Position numbers and translations under genes: made by a program
Shown: positions 1 to 13,364 of the stretch, piece by piece
How the letters are laid out: each line of letters opens with the position of its first letter
Numbering within the stretch: position 1 is the stretch's first letter
Notes under the pieces: model-generated
Database searches by the model: none
Seen by the model: the letters and a program-made list of their open reading frames with translations, nothing else
What the model was told of the DNA's origin: nothing
Assembly (NCBI GenBank): GCA_964016885.1
Contig: OZ024741.1
Coordinates: forward strand, 119,970,001-120,034,000
DNA: 64,000 nt
Direction: 5' to 3'
Origin: Eledone cirrhosa
Taxonomy: Eukaryota

Positions 1-300
1 GTCTAGAGGGTATTAATGGTAAAGCGTTCTTCCCTGAATCACCTCCATCTCCATGAATTTTATAATGTTTCTTAAGGCCACTAGGTGATTTGCATCTTTT
101 TTGACAGAACTGACATATAAAGTCTGTGTTCAATTTATTTGCAAATTGGTTTATATTGTGTGACATTAAATGGGATTTCTGACCAGCATTTAATAAGCAT
201 ACTCTATCACAATGTGAACAAAGGAAAAGTCTATAATCATTATTTCCAGCAAGGGACGATATGTCCTGTTTTCGTGCAGCCCTTTTGAGCACAGAATATC
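1..300 (-). mobile_element. 3' remnant of RTE-type LINE (C-terminal C2H2 zinc fingers)
   Basis: Minus strand reads [21 protein letters not shown]...CQFCQKRCKSPSGLKKHYKIH, similar to the C-terminus of ORF 7073-8128. Duplicated at ~48927-49230. Confidence 0.65.
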
Positions 301-2460
301 TGTGTGTGTGTGTGTGTGCGTGCGTATGTGTGTGTGTGTGTGTGTGCGTGCGTGCGTATGTATGTGGGGGGGGGGAGGGTATGTGTGTCTGTGTCTGTGT
401 CTGTGTGTGTCTGTGTATGTGTCTGTGTGTGCGTGTGTGTTTATATGCAGGCATAAATAATATACATGCATTGGGTGTTTCCAGGTGAAGAGAATCCAGC
501 ATATTGAATCGAACGACTATAATTAAGCTATGCAAAACTTATTTGTGATGTCCCGCATTTCATTTTGTTTGGATTACATTTTTTCATTATTTATATTAAT
601 GTCATCTTTGACGTCATCAAACACTGCGATATCCTGTGTTATTTCTGGAGAGATCTTGTTCAGTTTTTCAGTATGTGTAGTGTCGTATTGTCCAAGCAAC
701 ATTACAATTCGTGTTCCGTCTTCAATAATGTTGATAGATAAAAATTTAATAATCGTGTTCTTTAACATAGAAGGAATACAAGAATAAAGATCTCTCTTTG
801 TTTATTAAAATATTGATATCAGTGCTGGTTATGGTAGTGTAGTGAATCCAATGTATTTTATCATTTTAATACTTGCATTTTTATAGAATTGATCCAACAA
901 TACAATTGATCCAATAATGTTGCAATAATGTTCTTATCAATGGGAGAAAAACAGCTGACAAAATGGTATTTGACAGAATTGAAAAAACAAAAACAGAAGT
1001 GATAGAAGTATATAGTTTAAAATATTGGAATTCTTAATTTTGTCCCACAACAAAATTATGGATGGCAAAATATTTAACTGAATTCTATGAAATAACTGTT
1101 TCGAATTGAGAAAGAAGCAAATATAGAATAAATGGAATTTCTGCAGAAATGAAACTTTCCAGTAATAAATATATATAGAGAATTTATTTATACATATGTT
1201 TATATGATAAAACAGTTAACATTTATAAATATACACCCTGTGTATCATCACATCACCAAGGTGATATTTATTGTTATTAGGATTTAATCTTATTAAAAAT
1301 AATAGAAATTGATTTCTACTGAATAACATTTGCAGTATTATTGAACCGAAATGTTTGTTGATATTTGAGATGATACTGTTTTACCGGAAGTTGAAGATAC
1401 TTTAGTAGATTTAGTGGTAGACCATTGTGAAATCACATCTAACTTCTTCAGTAAACTACGGTAGACAATCTTTGTTAGAAGAAACGATAAACAAATAATG
1501 AAACCAATAAAGGAGTTTAAAATACAAAACAGCAGAGAAAATTTTTCAATTTTTGTAAAGGTATATAGGAATGCGAATATCCATGTTAATCCCATGACAA
1601 AGCTTAGTTTTATGTATATGAAGAATTCATTTTTATTATGTTTAGATACAAATTTTGCAGAATATAGCCCTCTTGCGATGAAGATAAATGCAGTTATATT
1701 AAGACATAATATAACCATTACCGGAATTGCAAAGAGGTACAAAAGACCTTTTCCATTTGTAATCCAACAAATACCCTTGCCATATTCTGGAGATATTCCA
1801 TGATTTCCTGGTAAGTATTCAAATAAAAGTGACACTGCTACTATTACAAATGGAGAAATCCAAGCATATAAAGAATACAATATAAATCTCTTGCTACCCT
1901 TTCCTCTACTGCGAAGTTGTGTAAGTCCTGAGAAAGTGTACCAGGCATCAAATGACATGACATTCATCCAGAAGAAAGCAGATAGAAAGGTATAATGAAT
2001 CACAACAGCTAAAGATGTACACACAGCTGTAGATGTAGTAACATATGGTGTGATCAGAAACAGAAGCTCAGCTAGAAATAGTGCTGATAAAAGACTAATG
2101 AGTAATTTACCTGGTAAGGTACGGAGTTTAGGTATACATAGATATACTATAATAGTGATGGCTAGAGCTGGAATAGAGATTATTAGTCCTATAAGTGTGA
2201 TATAACTCTCAACAGTGGAATATTTTGATATTACATTGGTACCATTTTTTACACAGATACTTACACCTTGAGAATCTTGACTGAATTCTGATTGGTTCAA
2301 CAGACGTTGTGTCTTATTTAAGTAAAGGAGGCCATCACTAGTGATATGATATTCAGTTTCATTTAATGTTGTTGTAGTACAGTTTAACTGTGTATGAAAG
2401 ATAACCTGTCTACATTGCCTGGTATTTATATCGTAGACAGTGTGTTTTGGACACGAAGGC
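1..2460 (+). repeat. Segmental duplication copy A (7TM half of receptor plus 3' flank); copy B at 48927-51180
   Basis: Both begin GTCTAGAGGGTATTAATGG and run near-identically through the 7TM coding region, apart from a few indels. Confidence 0.95.
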
Positions 2461-3316
2461 AACTGGACAGACGTCTGGGTCTTCGAAGTCGTTCCTTTTT
2501 TTATTTCTAGAAAATTCGAATGGTAATTAAACATGATGATTAAGGATGGCGTTACTGTCGAAAGTTTGGGCAAGACAGATCTGTAGCAAGTGTACTCCAA
2601 TTCTTCAATCCCATTACATTTAAGACAATGTTTCTTCCTGAATACTTTAGATCTAGCTTCTACTAACGCCATAGGCTCAGATTCACACGCAATCTTTTGT
2701 TCTGTATTATTGTAATCTCCTGGACATTTAGATATACGTGGATTACATTTATGTAAATAATGTTCTAAATCACCTGAGGGGACATTTACAGATGAACAAC
2801 AGTCTCCATCAATGAGAAACTTTGATATGTTTTCAAGGCTGATTTGTTTTCCGCGTTTTTTTGCAGTCATACTGAAGATTCCATAAAATGAATTCTTCTC
2901 CGTGACACAGAGCACAGAATAAATTCCTGAAGAGTTTTTTTACTTGTTTTACCAAAAGCAGGTATGTTGTGTAGTTGATCATCCGGGTTAGGACTTTCAC
3001 AGTTGATTACATGCTCTGTAATGTCATGGTTAGGTGGACAGTGGTCAAATTGATAATAGAAATCGTCATTAACTCTACTACAACTATAATACATTGATGA
3101 ATATGGCTGTTTGTCGTTAGAAGTTGTGTTATTAATCATGTCAACACAACAGTCATTGTAGAGGTAACAATCTTGGTGGCACGAACACTGATTTGGACAT
3201 TTAGAACACTGAATTGGATATTTAGAATATTCTGGGATGTAGGTTGATGTTGTTTGTGATACAATGTTTGAAAACTGTAACATTGAAAACAGAAAGAAGA
3301 GAAGAACATTTTCTAT
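1338..3316 (-). pseudogene. Disabled paralogue of the SMB-like/Cys-rich ectodomain 7TM receptor (Methuselah-like/adhesion-type class B GPCR)
   Basis: ORFs 2867-3283 and 1338-2915 join if one A is removed from each of two A7 runs (2935-2941, 2856-2862). ATA at 3316-3314 sits where the paralogue has ATG. 7TM nearly identical to 50041-52653. Confidence 0.8.
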
Positions 3317-3560
3317 CTTAAAATATTTTGAAATAAACCAATGTTTACAACAATTGATGTTTATATATTGATATATGATGTATGTTTGAATTTTCAGTAT
3401 TTTCTACGTACACCGATTAAAGCATATACATTTCCGTTGACTTTGGAAGAAAGAATGTTCTAATATTTGATGTTGAATGTTAATTACTCATTATTGGATT
3501 ACTAATTACATTTTCTGCTTAAATAGTTCCACTTGTATATTTGAAGCTTTGTACTCGAAT

Positions 3561-3583
3561 CTATAAAAAAAGAAAGAAATATT
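3561..3583 (-). promoter_or_regulatory. Putative 3' splice acceptor of a 5'UTR intron, receptor copy A
   Basis: Minus strand AATATTTCTTTCTTTTTTTATAG; a similar motif precedes copy B at 53013-53031. Confidence 0.5.
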
Positions 3584-3711
3584 TCATATCAAACATTATA
3601 ACCATGGCAGGTCCCGCTTGGGAATAGAGCGGGATCATCTGCTAATAATTGCTTAACGTATGAATTTATGGGATGTGTATCTGAGGACTCTACCACATTT
3701 CACATCCTCCA

Positions 3712-3798
<87 letters not shown>

Positions 3799-3818
3799 CA
3801 CACACACACACATATATA

Positions 3819-4106
3819 TAACGAAGGAAGTGTGGTAAGGAACCAGATGGACCATAACGCACCAGAGTATTCAATACTTAGGGTAGAAGAGTGGGTTTCA
3901 ACCGTTATTTTTGGACAGAAATAGCCGTCAAAACGGCTTGAGCTCTGCCGTCGGAGTTAACAAGCTATCCAGGGGCATACAAGCTATCCAGGGTTCGCCT
4001 GGGGTCGTTGTGTGGCCACGTCCGGCTGTCAACCACTGGCCCTCAACCAATAACTATGCTGTTTAATCCGTACAGTCTGAGAGGAAGGTTCCAGTTGGCC
4101 TGTGGT

Positions 4107-4156
<50 letters not shown>

Positions 4157-4305
4157 AAAATGTTTAACCCCGACGGCAGAGCTCAAGCCGTTTCGACGAC
4201 TATTTCTGTCCAGAAATAACGGGCGAAACCCACTCTACTACCCTAAGTATTGAGTACTCTGGTGCGTTATGGTCCATCTGGTTCCTTACCACAATTCCTT
4301 TGTTA
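3819..4305. repeat. Inverted pair of Penelope pLTR-like composites (family A), 3819-3962 and ~4160-4305
   Basis: ACGAAGGAAG..GAGTGGGT joined to an HHR 3' half (AAACGGCTTGAGCTCTGCCGTC); the same junction recurs in reverse complement. Confidence 0.8.
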
Positions 4306-4689
4306 TATATATAAAAGTTTACATATATATATATATACATATACATACATATACGTGTTTTGCAACGGGTCACTTTGTAGCTCAATGAAAAATTAATAAA
4401 TTAAATAATCAGAGCTATATATCATAAAACATGTCTATAGAATCACAAGATAAAATATATACCATTTCCTCTCCCAATTAGCATAATTAACTATATAAAA
4501 ATCGAATAGACCAGGCTATAAGAATGGGGCTTCTATGAAGAAATCTCCAACAAATAACCGAAATTAGCCCTTCGCGTCGGCCACAACGGAATATTTATCG
4601 AATATTTCGACAGCGTAATCGCCCAGATACAGTTAACTAAACAGAATTAGGTGTAAAATAAACTAGGAGAAAATAGAATACATTTAAAT

Positions 4690-4777
4690 ACCTCTACCAT
4701 GGTTTCATCCGCATTTTGAGCTTTCCAATAATTATGTAATAATTATATAAACTCGAGCACCGGATTCATCAGGAGAT
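4690..4777 (-). ncRNA. Type I hammerhead ribozyme
   Basis: atctc CTGATGA atccg..cggat GAAA ccatgg TA gaggt. Confidence 0.88.
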
Positions 4778-4977
4778 TTGCTCTTATCTAGACACTAAAT
4801 TTTTCAAAGTGATCGCGCCAAGAATTCATTCAAAATGGCTAAGGATCGTGACGTAGTCGCGGTTAGGTTGGAAGAGGCGTGGTAGTTGCTTACGACTGGT
4901 GGCGTTTTTGCTAGAAAGCACAGCACAATACAGCCAAATTTGTATCTCAACCAAATGGGAGATTATTACATATAAAA

Positions 4978-5050
<73 letters not shown>

Positions 5051-5397
5051 CATACATATACGTGTTTTGCAACGGGTCACTTTGTGGCTCAATGAAAAAT
5101 TAATAAATTAAATAATCAGAGCTATATATCATAAAACATGTCTATAGAATCACAAGATAAAATATATACCATTTTCTCTTCCAATTAGCATAATTAACTA
5201 TATAAAAAATCGAATAGACCAGGCTATAAGAATGGGGCTTCTATGAAGAAATCTCCAACAAATAACCGAAATTAGCCCTTCGCATCGGCCACAACGGAAT
5301 ATTTATCGAATATTTCGACAGCGTAATCGCCCAGATACAGTCAACTAAACAGAATTAGGTGTAAAATAAACTAGGAGAAAATAGAATACATTTAAAT

Positions 5398-5485
5398 ACC
5401 TCTACCATGGTTTCATCCGCATTTTGAGCTTTCCAATAATTATGTAATAATTATATAAACTCGAGCACCGGATTCATCAGGAGAT
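5398..5485 (-). ncRNA. Type I hammerhead ribozyme (copy of 4690-4777)
   Basis: atctc CTGATGA atccg..cggat GAAA ccatgg TA gaggt. Confidence 0.88.
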
Positions 5486-5610
5486 TTGCTCTTATCTAGA
5501 CACTAAATAACCGAGGTGTCCTTCACGAGTGAAAGTATAAAGAAAAAGAGATGAAATCGAAAATGCAACTGGAGTCTTATTTAAAAAAATATATATATAT
5601 TTATTTGGTT

Positions 5611-5648
5611 CCTTTACCGGTTTCGAAGTTCTTCTGCTTTTCAAAAGG
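5611..5648 (-). ncRNA. Minimal hammerhead, U3-A8 core variant
   Basis: cctt TTGAAAA gcagaagaacttc GAAA ccgg TA aagg. Confidence 0.7.
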
Positions 5649-5677
5649 TGAGTTGAGATGGAGGGTCTGTGGTTTTT

Positions 5678-5952
<275 letters not shown>

Positions 5953-6654
5953 ACGCATGGAATCTTATGAGGGTCCGTGTTTTATATCCCTTTGCTCCTT
6001 GTTCCTTGTTCTCCGTATGTATACCTACTGTTGTATTTATGTATAATCTTTGTTCAGTTTGTTCCTACGTTCTCTATATGTGTACCTGTATCTATATCTT
6101 TATGTTTTTATGTCCCTATTTTCGCTTCCAACAGCTCACTTCCAAAGCCTAGCAGCCCTTTTTGTCGGACATGGTTGATAATAATAATACTATATATATA
6201 TATTGATATTAATACCATTGTAGTTACAACTGACTGCTATTGTGGTTAATTATTTTTCTGCACTGTGATTATTGCTGGCCTTGTGCCTTCGGGTGGATTG
6301 TCATGATTATTATGTTAGTACTGTTTTTAATGTAAGAATTTGTTTACAGTGGCTCACACCACCAGGCCGCCCTTTTGTTGCCGTCGTGGTTTCATTACTG
6401 GTGTTGTTGTTATTGTTGTTAGTGTTGCCACTGTCTGGCTCTCGGGTTGTGGGCACTAATATTATTGATATCACTACTACTGCGACGAACAGTGTGGTCT
6501 TTTGATAAAAATGGGATGGCAGCACAGAGAAAAATAAGGATAGTTTTGGAATATTTGTCAAAAATATATGTTATTGATATCGGTTTGGGATGGGAAGTGG
6601 AGGGGGGGGGGTTCTTACTAGCTCGCATATTTACTTCCCTACATGTAAACATAC

Positions 6655-8175
6655 ATTATGTAGGGTGCTTCTAGACCGTCTGTTGACACACATTGCAGAT
6701 TGTGTTCTTCCTGAAAGTCAATCTGGTTTTCGTGCTGGATGTGGCACTACTGATATGATCTTCTCAGCTAGACAGCTCCAGGAGAAGTGCATGGAACAAG
6801 GCTTGGATCTGTATCAGGTTTTTGTCGATCTGACAAAAGCTTTCAATACTGTTAACAGAAATGCATTGTGGAAGGTTCTCCAGAAACTTGGTTGCCCTGA
6901 TAAGTTCCTTGCTTTGGTTAGTCTTTCCATGATGACATGAAGGCTTGAGTTAATGTCAGAGGTAACATGTCGGAGCCTATCTCAGTGAAAATTGGAGTAA
7001 AACAAGGAATATTCCAGTACCGACCCTGTTTGCCATATACTTTGCGATGGTTTTCTATATTACATTCAGGAATTGCGAGCATGGTGTTTACGTCTACTAT
7101 CGAACATCATGCGTTTTGCTGCAAAAACAAAAGTATTTACCTCAATCATAAGAGACCTCTTGTATGCAGATGATTGCGATCTTGTAGCGCACACAGAGAT
7201 TGATATGCAGCAAATTTTGAATGCATTTTATGATGCTTGCATTGCTCTAGGATTGACTGCCAGTCACAAGAAAACCGTCGTCATGTACCAACCTGCCCCT
7301 GGTAAACAGTACATATGGAAGAAGACAAAGGTAAAGGTGTACAAGGCATATGTGCTCTCTTCTCTTCTTTATGCCTGCGAGACTTGGGTCACATATCGAC
7401 ACCACCTTAAACAATTGGAGCGTTTCCATCAGATGTGTCTCAGACGGATCCATGGCGTTCACTGGAGGGACCACATCAGTGATGTCCAGATTTTGGAAAG
7501 CTCTCTGTGTGAAAGTATGGAAGCTCTTGTGCTTAAGCAAAGACTCCGATGGAGTGGTCACCTTGCCAGGATGAAGGATTCTAGAATACCGAAACAACTC
7601 TTTTATGGAGAGTTAGCTAAAGGAAAACGACCGCCGCATAAACCAAAAAAGCGGTATAAGGATTCGTTGAAAGCCTCCTTGAAAGACGCTAACACCTCTG
7701 CTGATACATGGGAAAGCGTAGCTGCTAATCGTAATAAATGGAGAAAGACTGTACACGAGTGGAAAGTTGCCTTTGAGACATCTCTAATCGCATACGAGAA
7801 AGTAAAGGGGGATGTGAGGAAAGGCATTGCTGTTGCATTTCCAGACGGCGAGGGTCCTCCTATGGCGCTGAGATGCAGCGTCTGTGTGAGACTTTGCCTC
7901 AGCAAAGCTGGACTCGAAAATCATCTTCGCAGTCACAAAGTGAGTCCAGTGGTTGACTACCAGGCTGCTGTCGAAGATGCCGCTCACCATACCTGTCAAG
8001 CATGTGGAAGAGAGTATAGATCAGCAGGAGGGCTCAAACAACATGCGAAAGTACATGAAATCCAACCACAGCCAGCTGTTGCCAGTGAATATTTTGGTTG
8101 CCAACTCTGTGTAAGACATTTTATATGATTGGCTGGGCTAAAAAGCCACATTCGATGGCAGCACCATTAATTGTT
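6655..8175 (+). mobile_element. 5'-truncated, internally deleted RTE (BovB-like) LINE: RT plus C2H2 fingers
   Basis: LPESQSGFRAG, FVDLTKAF, GVKQG, LLYADD, LRWSGHLARM..RIPKQLFYGEL, then Zn fingers; frameshifts present. Confidence 0.9.
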
Positions 8176-8668
<493 letters not shown>

Positions 8669-8758
8669 CGAAGGAAGTGTAGTAAGGAACCAGATGGACC
8701 ATAACGCACCAGAGCACTCAATACTTAGGGTAGTTTAGTGGGTAATAGGAAAAGTTTT

Positions 8759-8854
8759 AACCCGACGGAAGAGCTCAAGCCGTTTCGACGGCTTATTTCT
8801 GGACTAAATAAGAATTTTTGGCGTGGTAATAAATACCCGAACTTTTCAAGGGGT
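8759..8854 (-). ncRNA. Hammerhead, U3-A8 variant (family A pLTR)
   Basis: acccc TTGAAAA gttcgggtattt..aaataagccgtc GAAA cggc..tccg TC gggtt. Confidence 0.75.
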
Positions 8855-9567
8855 AATTCCTTATACAGGAAGATTGTAGTTGTCAAAAGGATTGGTCAAA
8901 ATTTCTTGTAAACACAATTAAATATTTCATGGCGGTGGGTGAACTTGCCTGTAGAACAATGAGGGAATGGGTGGAGCCGGTCAAGCGTTGAAAGTGAATT
9001 CTATACAGAAAATTCTAAGGAGTGTGTATGAAATTAGGCTAGGTAGAAAGCAGGCGAAAAAGAAATCTGAGAGTGGGACGTTATAAAATTAAAAGGTTAA
9101 TAAATTGAGATTAAAAGAAATAGTAATAAAAAAATTAAATAGTAAAAAATAATAAAAAAAATCTCTAGAGTCTAAAGCAGCTGCTATATTTTTAGCTGGT
9201 ATTGCGTTTTCGGCCAATGCTGTATAGAATTTACTGGAGTGGGGGTACTGAGGCTACAAAAGCCCGATGGGTCGCCTCAGGGTAGGCGAAAGAGGAAAAA
9301 GGAAAAGGAAGAGGAAGAGGAGAGGGACTGGAAAGAAGTGATAAGAACAGTTAAAGGGAAAAAGAAAAGAAGTACATCTACCTATGTATGCTGGGGTTTC
9401 CCCTATCTTCTTCGGCAAGTGGGGAAAAGAAGGATGTTGCAGCCATTGTCTACCCACGATGTCATGAGGGAGTTTGAGGGCGAGGTAAGTCCTACGAAAT
9501 CGGTGTTTACATAAACTTGTAACTGCATGTTACATACCTTGATCTCTGCCGTCGGGGTTAAACTTTT

Positions 9568-9609
<42 letters not shown>

Positions 9610-9650
9610 CGAAACATAAGTCAATTGCATGAACTCATAATCCTTTATTT

Positions 9651-9706
9651 ACTGCTATATATATTTCGATCATAGCCATTGAATGGCTATGACCTCATCA
9701 GGGAGT
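9651..9706 (-). ncRNA. Hammerhead ribozyme
   Basis: actcc CTGATGA ggtcatagccattcaatggctatgatc GAAA tatata TA gcagt. Confidence 0.8.
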
Positions 9707-9896
9707 TAGTCAGTTCTTAGATATGCCAGCTCTGTTTGTATAGTGTTGATGGTATCAGAGCCTTGGGACATATGAGCTTGTTAGGAATATTTTGATGTTG
9801 TCAGCAGGAATAGTCTTGATTCTCATTGGTCAGTTTGTAGATGGTAGTAGGTTGGTATTTGACCTCAAAGAAGCAGGTGGTTCTGTAAGGTTCAAA

Positions 9897-9976
<80 letters not shown>

Positions 9977-9978
<2 letters not shown>

Positions 9979-12462
9979 AGTGAAGAATAACATGGTTGAC
10001 AGTACAAAATAAGGATATTTATTTACAGTCTTACAATTGTTTCAATGATAGAAATCTCTATAAATTGCTAAATACTGGAGAAAGTATAACTCAATTTACA
10101 ATACATCTAAATTTAATCATTTCATCGGAGACAAATAAGAAATATAAAATATATGCGTAACGGTAAACTTGAAAATTCAAATTACTACATCAATAATATT
10201 ATTAATGATAAATAAATAAACAAATAAAGGAAGGGGAACAGATGGAAACGAGAGAGAAAGAAAGAAAACGACGAAAGAAGGAACGAAGATACAGTTAAAT
10301 ATATAACTGGCAAAATTTACGAAATCAAACTATCACATCAAAATAAATAAATATAATATTAATAATAATAAAGATATGTATAGAAGAGACAGAGGGGGGA
10401 TATAGCATAGGCAGAGAGGAAGGATAAGTAAGGAAGATGAGAAAGAAATAGAGGAAAATTAAGAGGGATGAGGAAGCGGAGGGGATAGAAATTAATCATG
10501 AATATGGGGATATGAAGAAGAGAGAAAAGAAAGTAAACAGACGGACGAATAAACATTACTACGTAAAATAGCTAGTTTGAGATATATTATACTATAGGGT
10601 AAAATAATCGCGATGAAATATGTTTAAGTGGAGAAATAGAAAGAGAAATGGTGAGAGGTCTATAAATATAAGATAATAAATGATATAAATACAAATAAAA
10701 ATAAAAATAATGATGTTAATACAATTGTTTTTAGGTTATTCTTACGTAAATATGACGTTTGTAATAATTTGATATCGTAATAGGTGCTAAAAGTATAAAA
10801 AGGAATAAGGAATATAAAATGGAGTTAAGTTGGTCTAAAGTTCAGGAATTTAGTTGCTGATTTATGCCGGCAAAAGACAGTTCGCTCAATTTTGCTGTTA
10901 AGAAGGGTTTTACTAAAATAAAAAATTTGGAAGAGCTCCATATTACAGAGCCTACAATGGGACATAACAGTTTGATAGACCTTAGCAGTATTTTCCATCT
11001 GATCTCATATTTAGTGCCTGCATTCTTGAGTTTCCATATTTTACTGGCAAGAGTTGTATTTGATAGAATCATAGAATGTCCATACACGTACCACCGTTTT
11101 TTTGAAAACACTAGCTGTGGAACTAATGTAATACCATGCCAAGCTACCTGAGCTGATAGTACACAAGTATACTACGTTTTTTTCAAGGCATCTGTTTAGT
11201 AGAGGGCAATTGTCAGGTAAGTGGCAATTGCATAGAAATGTTTTCCTATGCGCCGGTTCTACTATATGATTTTGAAGATTGTTGTGTATGGGTTGCGAAT
11301 TAGGTTTGTTGGTGTATTGCGGTGGTATTCTTTGTCGTGTATTTGGTTGTGATGATGTAATATGTGTGTGTTCTGTATTTGGTGATATGGAACTTATATG
11401 GGGGCAGCTTTGATTATGAATTCTTATGTAGTTAATTTTGTGAATGTGCGATTATATGTTGTTAGCAGTGGAGTATGATAGTTTGATAGTTTTTCTGTTA
11501 AAGATTTTATGATATTTATGTGTTTTAGGGAAGTGTTTGTCAACTAATTTAAAGAAAGTGAGAGGAAGCTTAGTTTTAATAGAGGAATTAAACATTGGAT
11601 TAAACCATAAGTAGTTTCTATTTCTATATCTTCTATGACCGCTAGTGGTATTAGTATTAGCATTTCGTATATTTAAATTAGGTAAATGCTGCCTATTTAT
11701 GCGTCTAGACCTAGGTTTGTTGATTCTATGGTTGTGGGAAGTATCGTTAACATTAAGTGTGTTATTTTTTGTATCAGGTATGTATTTGAGTCGTTCTTTA
11801 TGGCCTGCCTTAAGTAAAGCTAAGTTGTAGTAGCTAGCGTGTTCATTAAAAATTTCATGGTTAGAGGATAGGCGTGAGATTCTAAGGGATATACTATACG
11901 CTATTGAGTTAATTATGGATCTAGGATGGTTCGAGTTATAGTCAATATAAGCTAAATTTTCATTATTTTTATGGAAGGGTTCTATAAGTCCTGAGTTAAG
12001 GTTAAACGATACGTCCAATAAGTTGACTTTTTTAGAGTTGGGTTCAAAAGTAATACTAAGGTCTAAGTTATTAAAGAATTTTCTAATCTTCTTCCTTAAT
12101 CTTTCTAAATTTTGGCTATTCACATTTCTAGCTAAAAGTAGAGTATCATCTCTATAGATTCCACTTTGTAAGTTACCAAATTCCCTATGTAAGAAATATG
12201 CTATATAAATGCCAACCAAGTCTGTGATCTGGGCTGAGTCGTTCGATCCCATAGTAATATCGAAGTTATTTAGTCTAATCTTTCGCTCCCAGTAGCTGTT
12301 GTCGAATTTAATGATTGTTCGTCTAGCGGCTAGTATTATTTTAATTTCATCCGCTGAAAGATCCGAGTGATTTGGGGCAAAGGATTATGCCTTATTAAGG
12401 GTGACTGGGGAGATAGGAGAGTAGTAGTCATTTATGTCAAACTGTATAAAGTTGATATAAGT

Positions 12463-12463
<1 letters not shown>
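9977..12463 (-). mobile_element. 5'-truncated Penelope-like element (RT, GIY-YIG remnant, 3' pLTR with HHR), flanked by (TA)n on both sides
   Basis: MGSNDSAQITDLVG, GIYRDD, NSNHP, WFNPMFN, IKLSYS, C-x-C..CPL..CL, YEIRWKIL; disrupted. Confidence 0.9.
10028..10132 (-). ncRNA. Hammerhead in Penelope pLTR (core U4C)
   Basis: gtct CCGATGA aatgat..atcatt GAAA caattg TA agac. Confidence 0.75.
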
Positions 12464-12526
<63 letters not shown>

Positions 12527-12532
12527 TTATAT

Positions 12533-12722
12533 TAATTGTTTCTACTTTAGGCACAAGGCCAGCAATTGACCAGTGCATTACTGGTACTTTATTTTATCGA
12601 CCTCCTAAGGATGAAAGGCAAAGTCAACCTCGGCGGGTTTGAACTCAGATCGTAAAGGGACGTAACTATGCTGGAAAGCATGGCGCCCGACCCTCTACCG
12701 ATACTGCCAATCCACCGCCCTC
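12533..12722 (-). mobile_element. tRNA-derived SINE
   Basis: Minus strand A-box-like TGGCAGTATCGG and B-box GAGTTCAAACC; copies at 16955-17332, 17690-18440, 49921-49997. Confidence 0.8.
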
Positions 12723-12768
12723 CATTATTATATTAATAAATGGAAACTATATTTATAAAACCATAATT

Positions 12769-12832
12769 ACTTTATTATATATATTTCAAGGGCAACCAAG
12801 GCAAATTTTGGTGCGCTTTCATCAGATAAAAT
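12769..12832 (-). ncRNA. Hammerhead ribozyme
   Basis: attttat CTGATGA aagcgcaccaa..ttggttgccctt GAAA tatata TA ataaagt. Confidence 0.85.
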
Positions 12833-13059
12833 ACAAAATTTGTTTTATAAATGTTGACATACCCGCAGAAGGGGGCAGCCATCATGTATGTATGTATGTA
12901 TGTATGTATGTATGTATGTATGTATGTATGTATGTATGTATGTATGTATGTATGTATGTATGTATGTGTATATGTCTGTATGATATGTAGGTAGGTATGT
13001 ATGTAACTATATATATATATACGTATGTATGTGTATATGTATGTGTGTAGATAGTTAGG

Positions 13060-13362
13060 TAGGTAGGTAAGTTAGTAGATAGGCAGGTAGATAAGGATGT
13101 AGGTAGGTAGGTAGGTAAGTAGGTAGGTAGGCAGGTAGATAGGTAGGCAGGTAGATAGGTAGGTAGGAAGGTAGGTAGGTAGGTAGGTAGGTAGGTAGGT
13201 AGGTAGGTAGGTAGGTAAGTATGTAGGTAGGTAGGTAGGTAAGTACGTAGGTGTAGGTAAGTAGGTAGGTAGGCAGGTAGATAGGTAGGTAGGAAGGTAG
13301 GTAGGTAAATTAGTAGGTAGGTAGGTATGTATGTATCTATGTATCTTTGTAGGTAGGTAGAT
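13060..13362. repeat. (GGTA)n microsatellite, resumes at 16712-16921
   Basis: Direct read. Confidence 0.97.
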
Positions 13363-13364
13363 AC

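Larger units (their letters stand above)
4309..5508 (-). mobile_element. ORF-less tandem direct repeat with two HHRs 708 nt apart (retrozyme-like)
   Basis: 4309-4800 repeats at 4970-5508, each copy with an intact HHR. Confidence 0.75.

Noticed and set aside
574-768. 64-aa minus ORF downstream of the receptor as an extra exon
   Set aside because: No recognisable motif, largely deleted in copy B, and the receptor already has a stop codon.
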